Source: an uncultured Pseudomonadota bacterium (lineage in GTDB: Bacteria; Pseudomonadota; Alphaproteobacteria; Rs-D84). From it: a DNA stretch of 64,000 bases. The DNA is taken from positions 6,888 to 70,887 of the forward strand of contig CACYHO010000001.1 in the NCBI GenBank assembly GCA_902774285.1. The letters run 5' to 3'. The notes beneath the pieces were generated by a model. It had not been told where the DNA came from. It worked only from the letters and a program-made list of their open reading frames with translations, and made no database searches. Position numbers and translations under genes: made by a program. Below, in pieces: positions 19,695 to 30,230 of this stretch; positions within the stretch are counted from its first letter, which is position 1, and the number at the start of each line of letters is the position of its first letter.

Positions 19695-21122
19695 ATGAAT
19701 TTTCAATTTAGAGATTTAATAGAAAACGCACCTTTATCACCCGGAATATACAAAATGTATGACGGGGACGGGAATCTTTTATATGTTGGCAAAGCCAAAA
19801 ATTTATTAAACAGATTACGTCAATATATTGATGCTTCCAAGCTGGAAAACCACAAACAGATTATGCGTTCTCTTGTTAGACGCGTTGAATGGGAAACAAC
19901 CAAGACGGAACAAGATGCATTAATATTGGAACAAAATCTTATAAAAACACTTAAACCAAAATACAATGTTATGCTAACAGATGGGAAAATGTACCCTATG
20001 TTAGCCTTAACAAATCATGAATTTCCGCGTTTATTAAAGTTTCGGGGTAAAATATCACAAAAAAAAGATGTTTTTGGACCATATCCTTCTGTTTATGCTT
20101 TGAATGACACAATTAAAACGATACAACGTGTTTGCAAATTAAGAACATGTAACGATACTTTTATGAAAAATCGATCAAGACCATGTTTGTTATACCAAAT
20201 AGGTCGTTGCAGTGCACCATGTTGCCTGTCACAACATGACTATGATAAAAATGTCCAATTGGCACGACGAATCTTAACTGGCGACAGTGAACCAATCATT
20301 GCTGATTTAACAAAGCAAATGAAAGATTTTTCAAACAAAATGGATTTTGAAAATGCCGCCGTTACACGCGACAAAATATCAGCATTAACAACAACCACAA
20401 ATCGCGGTATACGACAGAATCAGCCGTATACAAAAAATTTACAATGGGATGATAATGTAAAAGAATTGGAAAAATTATTGGAACTAAAATTGGAAACAAT
20501 TGGTGTATTTGATAATTCACATTTGTTTGGTAAACAACCCGTTGGTGCAATGATTGCATTTGGACATAACGGATTTATAAAATCATCTTATAGACATTTT
20601 AAATTACATGATATGAAACGCGCAGGAAATGATATTGCCATGATGGAAGAATTTGTCACACGCGCAATCAAAGATGGTCCAAAACTCGATTTAATAATTG
20701 TTGACGGCGGGATAGCCCAATGGAATATCGCACAAAAAGTATCAAAAAACACTATTCCTGTTTTTGGGATTACAAAAGGCGAAGTTAGAAATGGAGATGA
20801 ACATTTTATTATGCCTGATGGTTCTGAAAAAAGGGATATACCGAAAGATTCGACATTATTTTTAATGCTGCGTGCCGTTCGGGATGAAGCACATCGTTTT
20901 GTTATAACATACCATCGTGCAAAACGCGCTAAACAGTTAACAGCTTCTGTTCTTGATTCTATTGAAGGAATCGGCCCAAAACGCAAGAAACAATTATTAC
21001 AACATTTTGGTTCTGTGCACGCTATAATGGACGCAGATTTAAAAGCTTTAAAACACGTTCCAGATCTGGGGAAAAGTATTGCAGAAAAAATATATGCCTA
21101 TTTTCATTCAGAGATGTTATAA
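19695..21122 (+). CDS. uvrC: excinuclease ABC subunit C (start revised)
   Basis: GIY...YVGKAKNL, PKYN, Cys-rich segment, FDNSH, VDGG, RDEAHRF, GIGPK HhH. Confidence 0.96.
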   Translation: MNFQFRDLIENAPLSPGIYKMYDGDGNLLYVGKAKNLLNRLRQYIDASKLENHKQIMRSLVRRVEWETTKTEQDALILEQNLIKTLKPKYNVMLTDGKMYPMLALTNHEFPRLLKFRGKISQKKDVFGPYPSVYALNDTIKTIQRVCKLRTCNDTFMKNRSRPCLLYQIGRCSAPCCLSQHDYDKNVQLARRILTGDSEPIIADLTKQMKDFSNKMDFENAAVTRDKISALTTTTNRGIRQNQPYTKNLQWDDNVKELEKLLELKLETIGVFDNSHLFGKQPVGAMIAFGHNGFIKSSYRHFKLHDMKRAGNDIAMMEEFVTRAIKDGPKLDLIIVDGGIAQWNIAQKVSKNTIPVFGITKGEVRNGDEHFIMPDGSEKRDIPKDSTLFLMLRAVRDEAHRFVITYHRAKRAKQLTASVLDSIEGIGPKRKKQLLQHFGSVHAIMDADLKALKHVPDLGKSIAEKIYAYFHSEML

Positions 21123-21145
21123 TAAGCACTACAAAGGAGAAAAAA

Positions 21146-21745
21146 ATGAAAACATTTGTAAACTTTTTATCATCTTTCCGCATTGCTTCCGCATTTGCGA
21201 TTATATTTACTATTATGTTCAATTTACCATGGACAACATTTGTACTGTTTGTATTGGGCGCTGCATCCGACTGGTTTGATGGTTTTTTAGCACGCAAATA
21301 TAACTGTTGTTCAAAACTTGGTGGTGTACTTGATCATATTGGCGACAAGTTGCTTGTATGCAACACATTGATTATGTTAACCCTTATGGGTCCAGTATGG
21401 TACATAGTGATTCCTGTAATATTTATGATTGCGCGTGAATTATACATAAGTGGTTTGCGTGAATTTTTAGGGACACAAAAAATTGAAATGCCTGTCCCAA
21501 AGGCACGCTTTTCAATGGGCAAAATAAAAACAACAATTCAAATGATCGCAATAACTGCATTTTTATTATGGTTTGCAATATTCACATCTGTGACACCTAA
21601 CACAACAAGCACTGTTATATTTTATTTGATCTATGCATTACCAAAAATTGGTGTATTTGGTTTATGGTTTGCACTTGTTTGTTCTTTGTGGTCAGCCACA
21701 CAATATACATTTACATTTGCAGAAAAATTAAAGAAATTAAAATAA
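21146..21745 (+). CDS. pgsA: CDP-diacylglycerol--glycerol-3-phosphate 3-phosphatidyltransferase
   Basis: SDWFDGFLARK...G..LDHIGDK, RELYISGLRE, GKIKT. Confidence 0.9.
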   Translation: MKTFVNFLSSFRIASAFAIIFTIMFNLPWTTFVLFVLGAASDWFDGFLARKYNCCSKLGGVLDHIGDKLLVCNTLIMLTLMGPVWYIVIPVIFMIARELYISGLREFLGTQKIEMPVPKARFSMGKIKTTIQMIAITAFLLWFAIFTSVTPNTTSTVIFYLIYALPKIGVFGLWFALVCSLWSATQYTFTFAEKLKKLK

Positions 21746-21759
21746 TAAATTTACAAACT

Positions 21760-21790
21760 AAAAATCCGCCTGTACGGCGGATTTTCTTTT
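21760..21790. terminator. bidirectional terminator between pgsA and parE
   Basis: AAAATCCGCC-TGTAC-GGCGGATTTT. Confidence 0.8.
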
Positions 21791-21804
21791 GTTTGTAATT
21801 TTTA

Positions 21805-23769
21805 TTACACAAACAAATCTTTAACAAATTGTGCATGTTCTGTAATAAATTTGAATCTGAATTCTGGTTTTTTACCCATTAAATCATACACCAGTGTTTT
21901 TGTTTTTTCTGTGTCTTCTTGGCCCTCTTCTGTCTTTGGTGGCAAATCAACACGAATCAATCTGCGTGTCTTTGGTGACATAGTTGTTTCTTTCAACTGA
22001 TTCGGCATCATTTCACCCAAACCTTTGAATCGGGATATTTCGACCTTCTTATTTTTATATTTAGTGGTTTTCAATTCTTCCAATTCTTCATCGGTATCGA
22101 CATAAATCGATTCGGTTCCACATGTTAATTTATAAAGTGGTGGACAAGACAAATACAAATGCCCCCCATAAATAAGTTGTGGCATATATTGATAAAAGAA
22201 CGCCATAAGCAATGAAGCAATGTGACTTCCATCAACATCCGCATCGGTCATAACAATAATCTTTTCGTATCTAAGTTTATTGTCATCCCAATCTTTTGCC
22301 GTTCCTGCCCCAATAATATCAATCAAATCATTTAATTCGCGATTCGCACTGAACCTTTCATCAGAATTGGAAAGAACGTTTAAAACTTTTCCACGCAGTG
22401 GCATAATCGCCTGGGTTGCACGATCACGTGCCTGTTTTGCGGTTCCGCCAGCAGATTCACCCTCTACTATAAATAATTCTGTTCCTTCGACACCATGCTT
22501 TGAACAATCTGCCAATTTAGCCGGCATACGAATTCTTTTGGTTGGTGTTTTACGCGCAACATCTTTGACCTGTTTAGTCTTAATACGCGCATTTGCCAAA
22601 TTAACAACAAATTCCAATAATGCATTCGCAGTCTTTGGATCAGAAGCCAAAAACATTTCCCATGGATCACGCAAAGCGTTTTCTGTGTATCTTGCAATTT
22701 CAGGATTTGATAGTTTTTCTTTTGTTTGCCCCAAGAATTGTGGTGTTTTATAAAACACAGAAACGATTGCAGCCACAGAATCAAAAACATCTTCACTTAT
22801 AATGGAAGCAGCGGCTTTGTTATTTACTTTTTCGCCATATGCTTTTAATCCCTTGGTAATTGCAGCCTTGAATCCATTTTCATGTGTTCCGCCATCAATA
22901 GTTGCAATAGTATTACAGTAAGAAGCGAAGAATCCGTCATCAGACGCAGCACCATTTTCATCTGTTAAAACAGTCAAAGCCCATTCAACACGACCAGAAT
23001 CATCTGGAAAATCAATCGATCCACTGAATATTCTTGGTAAAATACGTGGTTTAGAATCTGTTTTTTCAGCAACAAAATCAGCCACACCGTTTGGATAAAA
23101 GAATACTTTATCCGATGGGATATTCATATCTTCTGTAAGAAGTGCAGGATTACAATGCCATTCAATCTTTACCCCACGTGATAAAAATGATTTTGCACGC
23201 GCCATACGATAAATCTTAATTGGTTTAAATACAGCATTTTCACCAAAGATTTGATCATCCAAAGTAAATTTTATTTTTGTACCGTGTGCTTTCGTAGCGG
23301 CACCTTTTGTAATTGGACTTGTAACCTTTCCACGTGAAAAAGTTTGATTCCATTCAAAACCATCCCTTGAAATCGTTACATCCATATTTGAAGAAAGCGC
23401 ATTTACTACCGCACTGCCTACCCCGTGCAAACCACCACTAGTCTTATAAACATTGTTATTAAATTTACCACCCGAATGTAATGTTGTAAGAATAACTTCC
23501 AGCGCAGATTTCCCAGGATACTTTGGATGCTCATCAACAGGAATACCACGACCATCGTCAGTTATTTCAATAGTTTTAGAATCGATCAGATTAACAACTA
23601 TCTTTTTTGCAAAACCGGCAACTGCTTCGTCGATTGAATTATCCATAATTTCAACCGGCAAATGATGCCAGGCCTTTTCGTCTGTTCCACCAATATACAT
23701 ACCAGGACGCAAGCGAACAGGTTCCAAACCTTCAAGTACTTCTATATCTGACGCATCGTATTTATTCAT
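21805..23769 (-). CDS. parE: DNA topoisomerase IV subunit B (start revised)
   Basis: EPVRLRPGMYIGG, GGLHGVG, VEGESAGG, PLRGK, TDADVDG; 654 aa without the GyrB insertion. Confidence 0.9.
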   Translation of the reverse strand: MNKYDASDIEVLEGLEPVRLRPGMYIGGTDEKAWHHLPVEIMDNSIDEAVAGFAKKIVVNLIDSKTIEITDDGRGIPVDEHPKYPGKSALEVILTTLHSGGKFNNNVYKTSGGLHGVGSAVVNALSSNMDVTISRDGFEWNQTFSRGKVTSPITKGAATKAHGTKIKFTLDDQIFGENAVFKPIKIYRMARAKSFLSRGVKIEWHCNPALLTEDMNIPSDKVFFYPNGVADFVAEKTDSKPRILPRIFSGSIDFPDDSGRVEWALTVLTDENGAASDDGFFASYCNTIATIDGGTHENGFKAAITKGLKAYGEKVNNKAAASIISEDVFDSVAAIVSVFYKTPQFLGQTKEKLSNPEIARYTENALRDPWEMFLASDPKTANALLEFVVNLANARIKTKQVKDVARKTPTKRIRMPAKLADCSKHGVEGTELFIVEGESAGGTAKQARDRATQAIMPLRGKVLNVLSNSDERFSANRELNDLIDIIGAGTAKDWDDNKLRYEKIIVMTDADVDGSHIASLLMAFFYQYMPQLIYGGHLYLSCPPLYKLTCGTESIYVDTDEELEELKTTKYKNKKVEISRFKGLGEMMPNQLKETTMSPKTRRLIRVDLPPKTEEGQEDTEKTKTLVYDLMGKKPEFRFKFITEHAQFVKDLFV

Positions 23770-23937
23770 ATCTTTTCCTATCTTTATCAAGGTATTATTA
23801 TAACATTTTTGAATTTTTATCAAGGCAAAACCGTTATTAGGTGCCAAAAAACAGCAAAAAAATAGTCAAAAACAACACTTGATTTTTAATATAATATACC
23901 TATATATTCCATACGAAGTTAATTAACAGGTAAAAAT

Positions 23938-25065
23938 ATGAACAAAAATCCTTATGAAGTTTTAGGTGTGGCGCGCGATGCCAGCGACGCAGATATCAAA
24001 AAGGCTTATCATAAATTGGTTATGAAATATCACCCGGACAAGAATCCTGGGGATAAAACCGCAGAAGAAAAATTCAAAGAAGTAAATAATGCCTTTGATA
24101 TCTTGAAAGATCCACAAAAACGTGCAGCATATGACCGATTCGGTGACGCAGCATTTGCCGGCGGCAACGGTGCCAGCGCAGGTGCTGGATTTGGAGGAAA
24201 CCCATTTGGCAACGGTTCTTTCCATTTTAACGGCGGCGATATGGGCGGCATGGAAGACATCTTACGCGAAGCCATGCGCGGTTTTGGATTTGGTGGTGGC
24301 GCTGGATTTGGCGAAGGCACACGTCAACAACAACGTGGCCGCGATTTACTGGACGAAGTTGTAATTGATTTAAAAGACGCCTATTTTGGCACAACACATA
24401 CTGTTAAATTTTCAAGCAATGTGAAATGTGAAAAATGCGGAGGACACGGAACTGCAGATGGCAAACCGGCAAAACCATGTTCAACATGTGGTGGAACTGG
24501 ATACGTTCATACACGTCAGGGATTTTTCGCTGTTGAAACCCCATGCCCAGATTGTCAAGGTTTAGGAAAAAAGATTGATAAAAAATGTAGTGCATGTGAT
24601 GGCACAGGAACGGTTAACAAACAAAGAACTTTGGATGTAAAGATTCCGGCCGGTATAATGGACGGTGCCAGATTACGTATGGCCGGTATGGGCGAAGCCG
24701 CCCCATTTGGTGGCACACCTGGCGATTTTTATATTGATGTCCATGTTCGTCCAAACAAAACATTTGAACGCGTTGGAAACGATTTGTTAATGCACCGTGA
24801 TTTAGATTTCACAACTCTTGCTTTGGGTGGCGAAATTGAAATTGAAACAATCGACGATAAAAAATTATCAGTAAAAATCCCAAGCGGAACACAAGTAGGT
24901 GAAAAATTACGCATACGCGGACATGGTATGCCAAACGGTCGTTCTGGATTCGGAGATTTGTATATAGAAATCGGAATTACAATTCCAAAAAAATTAACAG
25001 ATAAACAAAAGAAAGCGTTATCCGAATTTGCCGGAATAAAATCTGACAAAAAAAGTTGGTTTTAA
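23938..25065 (+). CDS. dnaJ: chaperone DnaJ
   Basis: HPD J-domain, G/F region, four CxxCxGxG repeats. Confidence 0.97.
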   Translation: MNKNPYEVLGVARDASDADIKKAYHKLVMKYHPDKNPGDKTAEEKFKEVNNAFDILKDPQKRAAYDRFGDAAFAGGNGASAGAGFGGNPFGNGSFHFNGGDMGGMEDILREAMRGFGFGGGAGFGEGTRQQQRGRDLLDEVVIDLKDAYFGTTHTVKFSSNVKCEKCGGHGTADGKPAKPCSTCGGTGYVHTRQGFFAVETPCPDCQGLGKKIDKKCSACDGTGTVNKQRTLDVKIPAGIMDGARLRMAGMGEAAPFGGTPGDFYIDVHVRPNKTFERVGNDLLMHRDLDFTTLALGGEIEIETIDDKKLSVKIPSGTQVGEKLRIRGHGMPNGRSGFGDLYIEIGITIPKKLTDKQKKALSEFAGIKSDKKSWF

Positions 25066-25094
25066 AAAAACATCCGCAAAATGCGGATGTTTTT
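25066..25094. terminator. bidirectional terminator between dnaJ and dnaA
   Basis: AAAAACATCCGCA-AAA-TGCGGATGTTTTT. Confidence 0.8.
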
Positions 25095-25129
25095 CTTTCT
25101 CCTCTTTTTCGTTCCACGGAACAAAACTT

Positions 25130-26413
25130 TTATTTACAGATTTTTACCATATCGTCAATTTCCGCATTCAACATTAAATCTGTTATTTTTTGTTTTTCAA
25201 TTTGTGAAAGTGCATAAACAACAGTTGCATGATCACGACCACCACAAATATTTCCAATTTCTGTCAAAGATAAATTTGTAGCACTTTTTAATGCGGCCAT
25301 CATTATTTGACGGGCGCGAACAAGGCGACGGGCGCGTGAATTACCACAAATTTCATCAAAAGATACACCCATTTTATCGCACATCGTTTTTACCATAGAC
25401 AAAGGTGTTTTTGATTTATTTAAAACGTCTGCCAATAAACGTGATGCAATATCCATATTTACACGTTCGCCCATCAATTCAGTATATGTTTTTATTTTAT
25501 TGATAATTCCATTTACTAAATGACCGTCACCATTGATTTGTTTTGCCAATTCATCAGCAACCACCATATCAACACCACCGCGAATCAACATTAAACGACG
25601 AACATATGCATTTGGTGCAATAACATCAACAGCCAAACCAGATGCAAACAATGATTGAATACGTCTGTCAAAACCATTCAATGCGTTTGGCGCACAATTA
25701 GCAGTCAATACAATATTTTTTCCAGCGGACTTTAAATCCATTATTAATTGTAAAAATTCTTCTGTAGTTGCGCGTTTACCAGCCAATGCGCAAACATCAT
25801 CCAATATAAACATATCGCAATTACGGCAAATGTCTTTGAAAGAAAATATTGTTCTGTCACGCAATGCACGCGCAAAGTCTGCAACAAATTGTCCACCAGA
25901 CATTCTTACAATATTTTTATCTGTGGCATTACAAATACAATCTAATAACATTGATTTGCCAGAACCAGATGGGCCATAAAGAAACAATTGTGAAAAAGAT
26001 GAATCTGACAAAGCTATTTTTTTACATGCTGCAACTGCGAACATATTTTCGTCACTGCAAATAAATTTATCAAAAACATTTTTGTTTTTTATTACTGGTT
26101 TAGATTCTTTAACGAATTCGCAAACTACATTGTCATTTGCAGATTGTACAATATTATTATTCGCACGAACACTTATATTTAAATCTAAAAGAAAATCCGC
26201 CGCTATATTTTTCAGGGTGTTTCCGTATTCCCTTGTGATATAGTCGGCGGTGAATTGATTTTGCGCAACAAGATCCAAACGATTTTCACACAAACTTGCC
26301 TGTAATGGGGCGATCCATGCTGTGAATCCGGCGGGATCTATTTTAGACGCGAAAGCCCCCATAACAGATTCAACATTTACATTCTTGTTTATCGCTATTG
26401 CTTGCATCGCCAT
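25130..26413 (-). CDS. dnaA: chromosomal replication initiator DnaA (divergent)
   Basis: LFLYGPSGSGKS, FILDD, RARQI, SLTEIG...GGRDHATV. Confidence 0.9.
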   Translation of the reverse strand: MAMQAIAINKNVNVESVMGAFASKIDPAGFTAWIAPLQASLCENRLDLVAQNQFTADYITREYGNTLKNIAADFLLDLNISVRANNNIVQSANDNVVCEFVKESKPVIKNKNVFDKFICSDENMFAVAACKKIALSDSSFSQLFLYGPSGSGKSMLLDCICNATDKNIVRMSGGQFVADFARALRDRTIFSFKDICRNCDMFILDDVCALAGKRATTEEFLQLIMDLKSAGKNIVLTANCAPNALNGFDRRIQSLFASGLAVDVIAPNAYVRRLMLIRGGVDMVVADELAKQINGDGHLVNGIINKIKTYTELMGERVNMDIASRLLADVLNKSKTPLSMVKTMCDKMGVSFDEICGNSRARRLVRARQIMMAALKSATNLSLTEIGNICGGRDHATVVYALSQIEKQKITDLMLNAEIDDMVKICK

Positions 26414-26657
26414 TTGCTCCTTTTTCCTTCCACTTAAAAAAGAGTCATAACTTTAATGGTTATAAAAACCACCCACACATAAAGCATACTTTATGCCGCC
26501 ATTCTCTTTTTTCTCTCGTTTTGTTGATTGATTTGAATCAACCGTTTGGATGCACAACAATGTATAAGATTTATTTCTGTTTGCAACCAAATGTTGATTT
26601 ATTTTTTAACATTTATTTTTTGACAACGATTCGTTTTTTTTTTAGATTTTCGCACTT

Positions 26658-26678
26658 TGTATATACACTGTATATACA
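26658..26678. promoter_or_regulatory. tandem palindrome TGTATATACA x2 upstream of dnaA
   Basis: TGTATATACA-C-TGTATATACA read directly; function inferred. Confidence 0.4.
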
Positions 26679-26687
26679 TTTAAAAAA

Positions 26688-27698
26688 TCAATTTAAAACA
26701 TAACCGCCATCTTGTTTTCTTATTAAACCTTGTAATTCCAACACAACTAAATCTGACTTGATTTCCGAAATGCTTTTTTTGACAAGATTTGCCAATACAG
26801 ATTCTGACACTGGAATCATTCCTAACTTATCTAAAATTTCATTTTTTTGATTATTATTTTTTATGTTTTTTTCTTCTTTTTTATTACCAAAGAAATCATT
26901 AACCCCCATACACAATGTTGCCATACCATTTTTTATCAAATAATTAGGTCCTTCACTTCGCGCATCACTTGGATGTCCAGGTATTGCAAATACGCGCTTT
27001 TTGTAATCAATTGCGAATCGTGCTGTTGTCATACTGCCAGATTTTGCATCTGCTTCACCTATAATCAAGGTATCAGATATCGCGGCGACCCAACGATTTC
27101 TTTGAACAAAATTTTGTGCGTTTGGCATCATACCAACCGGCATTTCACTGATTATTGCACCCCGTTCCAGTATTTCATAATAAAGCGATTCGTTTTCTAA
27201 TGGCCATATATAATCTACACCGCCCGCTAATACAGCAATTGTTTGCGAATTTCCATTTGTACGCAGTGCCCCAATATGTGCAGCAGAATCTGTTCCCATT
27301 GCCATACCTGATACAACCGCAAAATCATTATTTGCAAATTCTTGCGCTATATCAGATATAAAACTCATCCCGGCCGCTGTTGAATGGCGCGTTCCAACAA
27401 TGGACACACATTGTTTTGATAAAGTTTTCACATTTCCGCGCACACTTATAACAACAGGATGATTTTTAACATTCAACAAACCAATTGGATAACGTGGATC
27501 TGTATCACATATATATTCTACACCCATATCATATGCTTTATCTATTTCGCGTTTAACAGTATCGATAAAATCATCTGTTAAATCTAAATGATCCAGAATA
27601 TTTTCATCTGAATTAAATTCATTTAATAAACTTCTGTATTTAACAGGTCCTATTCCTGGCGTTCTTATTATCAAAAGTTTATTTAATATGTCTTTCAT
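26688..27698 (-). CDS. dprA: DNA-processing protein DprA
   Basis: IVGTR, VSGMAMGTD..AH, FVQRNR, SGSMTTA, GPNYLIKNG, LELQG. Confidence 0.96.
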   Translation of the reverse strand: MKDILNKLLIIRTPGIGPVKYRSLLNEFNSDENILDHLDLTDDFIDTVKREIDKAYDMGVEYICDTDPRYPIGLLNVKNHPVVISVRGNVKTLSKQCVSIVGTRHSTAAGMSFISDIAQEFANNDFAVVSGMAMGTDSAAHIGALRTNGNSQTIAVLAGGVDYIWPLENESLYYEILERGAIISEMPVGMMPNAQNFVQRNRWVAAISDTLIIGEADAKSGSMTTARFAIDYKKRVFAIPGHPSDARSEGPNYLIKNGMATLCMGVNDFFGNKKEEKNIKNNNQKNEILDKLGMIPVSESVLANLVKKSISEIKSDLVVLELQGLIRKQDGGYVLN

Positions 27699-27756
27699 AA
27701 CAAAAAAGATTGTAGAACAAATCTACAATCTTTTTTAAGTAAAAAATTGCGAAATA

Positions 27757-28377
27757 TTAATTTTCTTCAACCCATATGTAAATGTAATCAGACGGCAAAC
27801 TTTTCGCTTTGCCTTGACTAATTTTGCTTTCCCAATACGCACTTGGGCTTCCTTGTTGAGCAGTCCTTACACGTATCGCATCAATTCTTGGGTCATCTAC
27901 ACCGTTAACTACATCGCGAACCGCGGTTACAAATTCGCTATTATTATAAACTTCATTTACATTATAATAATTATTTTCAATATTGTGTGTTACAGCATCA
28001 ATAATGGCAGCTACATCAACATTTGCAGGCATTTGTGCCGGCCCAGAAGAATATCCACCGGTTTGAGATGCCCCCCCGGTTTGAGGTGTAGCAACAGTAT
28101 TATAAGAATAAGCAGGCTGTATCACAGGAAATCTTGACGAAGAAGAAACTGCGCCAGACGATGTCAAACTACTTGGTTTTACTTTGGAATTCAAAGAACC
28201 AACCCTTGCATTAGACAAAGTATTCGTACTTTCACCAGAAGATTTTACAGGTGTAACTTTTGCCCCAGCATTAATGGCTGCCGATAAAGCTGGTTGATTA
28301 CCCAACATCCTTACAGATGGCGCACCAAATGATACAACAGGTACAAAAACCCAAAATAATATTAAACACTTTTTCAT
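27757..28377 (-). CDS. hypothetical exported protein, Ser-rich
   Basis: MKKCLIL signal peptide; follows 28401..29195 on the same strand. Confidence 0.65.
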   Translation of the reverse strand: MKKCLILFWVFVPVVSFGAPSVRMLGNQPALSAAINAGAKVTPVKSSGESTNTLSNARVGSLNSKVKPSSLTSSGAVSSSSRFPVIQPAYSYNTVATPQTGGASQTGGYSSGPAQMPANVDVAAIIDAVTHNIENNYYNVNEVYNNSEFVTAVRDVVNGVDDPRIDAIRVRTAQQGSPSAYWESKISQGKAKSLPSDYIYIWVEEN

Positions 28378-28400
28378 GTGCATATCTTTTAGATATCTTA

Positions 28401-29195
28401 TTAATGACATTCTTTCATTAAATCTTTGTATGTATCATAATTTTTAACGTTTTGCCCTGCTTTATTTGCGTCTTCCATAACTTTCAAAGCACTACAAATT
28501 TTATCGTATTGTGGATCTTTGTTATTTTTGTATGTTAACAACAGAGATCTGTACAATTCATATTCCGATAACTTTGTGCTTTTTTGACCTTGAACTTTGC
28601 CATCAATTAATCTGTTACCAAACAATTCCATGGCACCAACGCCAAGTCCGGCACCACCAACAGTACTTGCAACTATACCACCAATACGTGCACCCTTTCT
28701 TGCATCCAAAATGCGTTTTTCCATTTCTTTTTCATTTGCCCAAGAACCACATTCAATATTCTCACCCCACATAAAATATTTAGGCGCAATATCAGAAACA
28801 GAAATTCTTGATTCGTCATCAGATTTTAATTCAACACGAACGAAACAAACATTATTTTGTGGATTAATAGTATCTTCAACCATATTTGCATAATTTGAAG
28901 TATCACTATATCGAGATGCCCAAACAAACGTATTGCCGATACCAATATTATTGTTTATGCACGCATTGCGTTCCGCTTCGCGCATATCGATTTCTGGTTC
29001 TTCTTCAACTACAGCGGTTGCAGATGTAACAGTGCCATTTGTGGCACTTATACCGTTCAATTGGTTAACAGAGGCAGTATAACGTTGCGTTGCGGCACCA
29101 ACCATCTTGCTAGACATCGCTGGACGCGCAGTTGGCGCAGCAAAAGCCCCACAAGAAATCAACGACAAAACAACCAATGATACAAAACGTCTCAT
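28401..29195 (-). CDS. hypothetical exported protein with glycine-zipper helix
   Basis: Signal peptide ending AFA; GGIVASTVGGAGLGVG; several Cys. Confidence 0.7.
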   Translation of the reverse strand: MRRFVSLVVLSLISCGAFAAPTARPAMSSKMVGAATQRYTASVNQLNGISATNGTVTSATAVVEEEPEIDMREAERNACINNNIGIGNTFVWASRYSDTSNYANMVEDTINPQNNVCFVRVELKSDDESRISVSDIAPKYFMWGENIECGSWANEKEMEKRILDARKGARIGGIVASTVGGAGLGVGAMELFGNRLIDGKVQGQKSTKLSEYELYRSLLLTYKNNKDPQYDKICSALKVMEDANKAGQNVKNYDTYKDLMKECH

Positions 29196-29264
29196 ATAAT
29201 ATCTCCTCTCTTATGCCCGATATTATACCACAAAAACGACAGAAAAACAAATATAATATCTAAA

Positions 29265-29852
29265 TTATTTTTTCCATTTCCATTCTATTTTTGATTCTTT
29301 ACCTTTGAAAAGACGCAGAATATTTTCACGATGTCGAACCAAACATAATACAGCTATGGCAAGGAACGCAAAACCAACACCTATACCGATAACAAAGCCA
29401 TATATTGGCATTAAACAAAACACAACTGTCGCCCCAGCAGAAGAAAAACCAGTCCCCAGCGCAACAATCAACCATTCAATACCCAATATAACGAAAAGTA
29501 ATGGATTCATCGCCAATAAAACACCAAAAAGTGCCGAAATTCCTTTGCCACCGCGAAAATTAAGCCACACAGGGAAACAATGTCCAACAATCGCGACAAA
29601 ACCACACCAGGCACCAAATGCATCGCCACCAGCATGGCAGCCAATCAAAACCGCCACTATGGCTTTGGTCATATCTAAAATCCAGGTTAACCCAGCAAGA
29701 CGCAAACCGCCCACCCGCATAACATTTGTTGCCCCAATATTCCCAGAACCAACTTTACGCAAATCACCTTTGTTAAATAGTTTTGCAACCAACAAACCAA
29801 ATGGTATCGACCCCAACAAATAAGATAATATTAAAGAAAAAAAGTAAGACAT
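29265..29852 (-). CDS. plsY: glycerol-3-phosphate acyltransferase PlsY
   Basis: YLLGSIPFG, GSGNIGATN, GHCFPV..FRGGKG, RHRENI.RL. Confidence 0.97.
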   Translation of the reverse strand: MSYFFSLILSYLLGSIPFGLLVAKLFNKGDLRKVGSGNIGATNVMRVGGLRLAGLTWILDMTKAIVAVLIGCHAGGDAFGAWCGFVAIVGHCFPVWLNFRGGKGISALFGVLLAMNPLLFVILGIEWLIVALGTGFSSAGATVVFCLMPIYGFVIGIGVGFAFLAIAVLCLVRHRENILRLFKGKESKIEWKWKK

Positions 29853-29925
29853 GTTATTTTCCCTTGATTTTGTGTTTGTTTTCTATAAAATAACAGAAAA
29901 CCATATAAAATAAAAGGAAAATAAA

Positions 29926-30186
29926 GTGGCAAATCATAAATCATGCAAAAAAAGAATTTTAGTAACAGCTAAAAAGAATGAAATCAATACTGCACGTCGC
30001 AGTGCTGTTAAAACCGCAACAAAAAAAGCATTAACAGCTATTGAATCTGGCGACAAAGCGGTTGCAATTGCTGCAACACGTGCTGCAGAAAGCAAAATAA
30101 TGAAAGCAGCAGGTAAAACAATGCCAAAGAAAACAGCTTCACGCAAAGTTGCACGTTTGGCAAAAAAAGTTGCTAAAATTGCTTAA
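29926..30186 (+). CDS. rpsT: 30S ribosomal protein S20
   Basis: MANHKS.KKR, TASRKVARL. Confidence 0.96.
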   Translation: MANHKSCKKRILVTAKKNEINTARRSAVKTATKKALTAIESGDKAVAIAATRAAESKIMKAAGKTMPKKTASRKVARLAKKVAKIA

Positions 30187-30206
30187 TAAAAATTTACAAA
30201 TTTAAG

Positions 30207-30230
30207 AACCACCCGATTGGGTGGTTTTTT
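30207..30230. terminator. terminator after rpsT
   Basis: AACCACCC-GATT-GGGTGGTTTTTT. Confidence 0.8.

Noticed and set aside
26414-26687. oriC next to dnaA
   Set aside because: No TTATCCACA box cluster seen in the spacer and minus-strand gene bias persists on both sides; GC skew not computed
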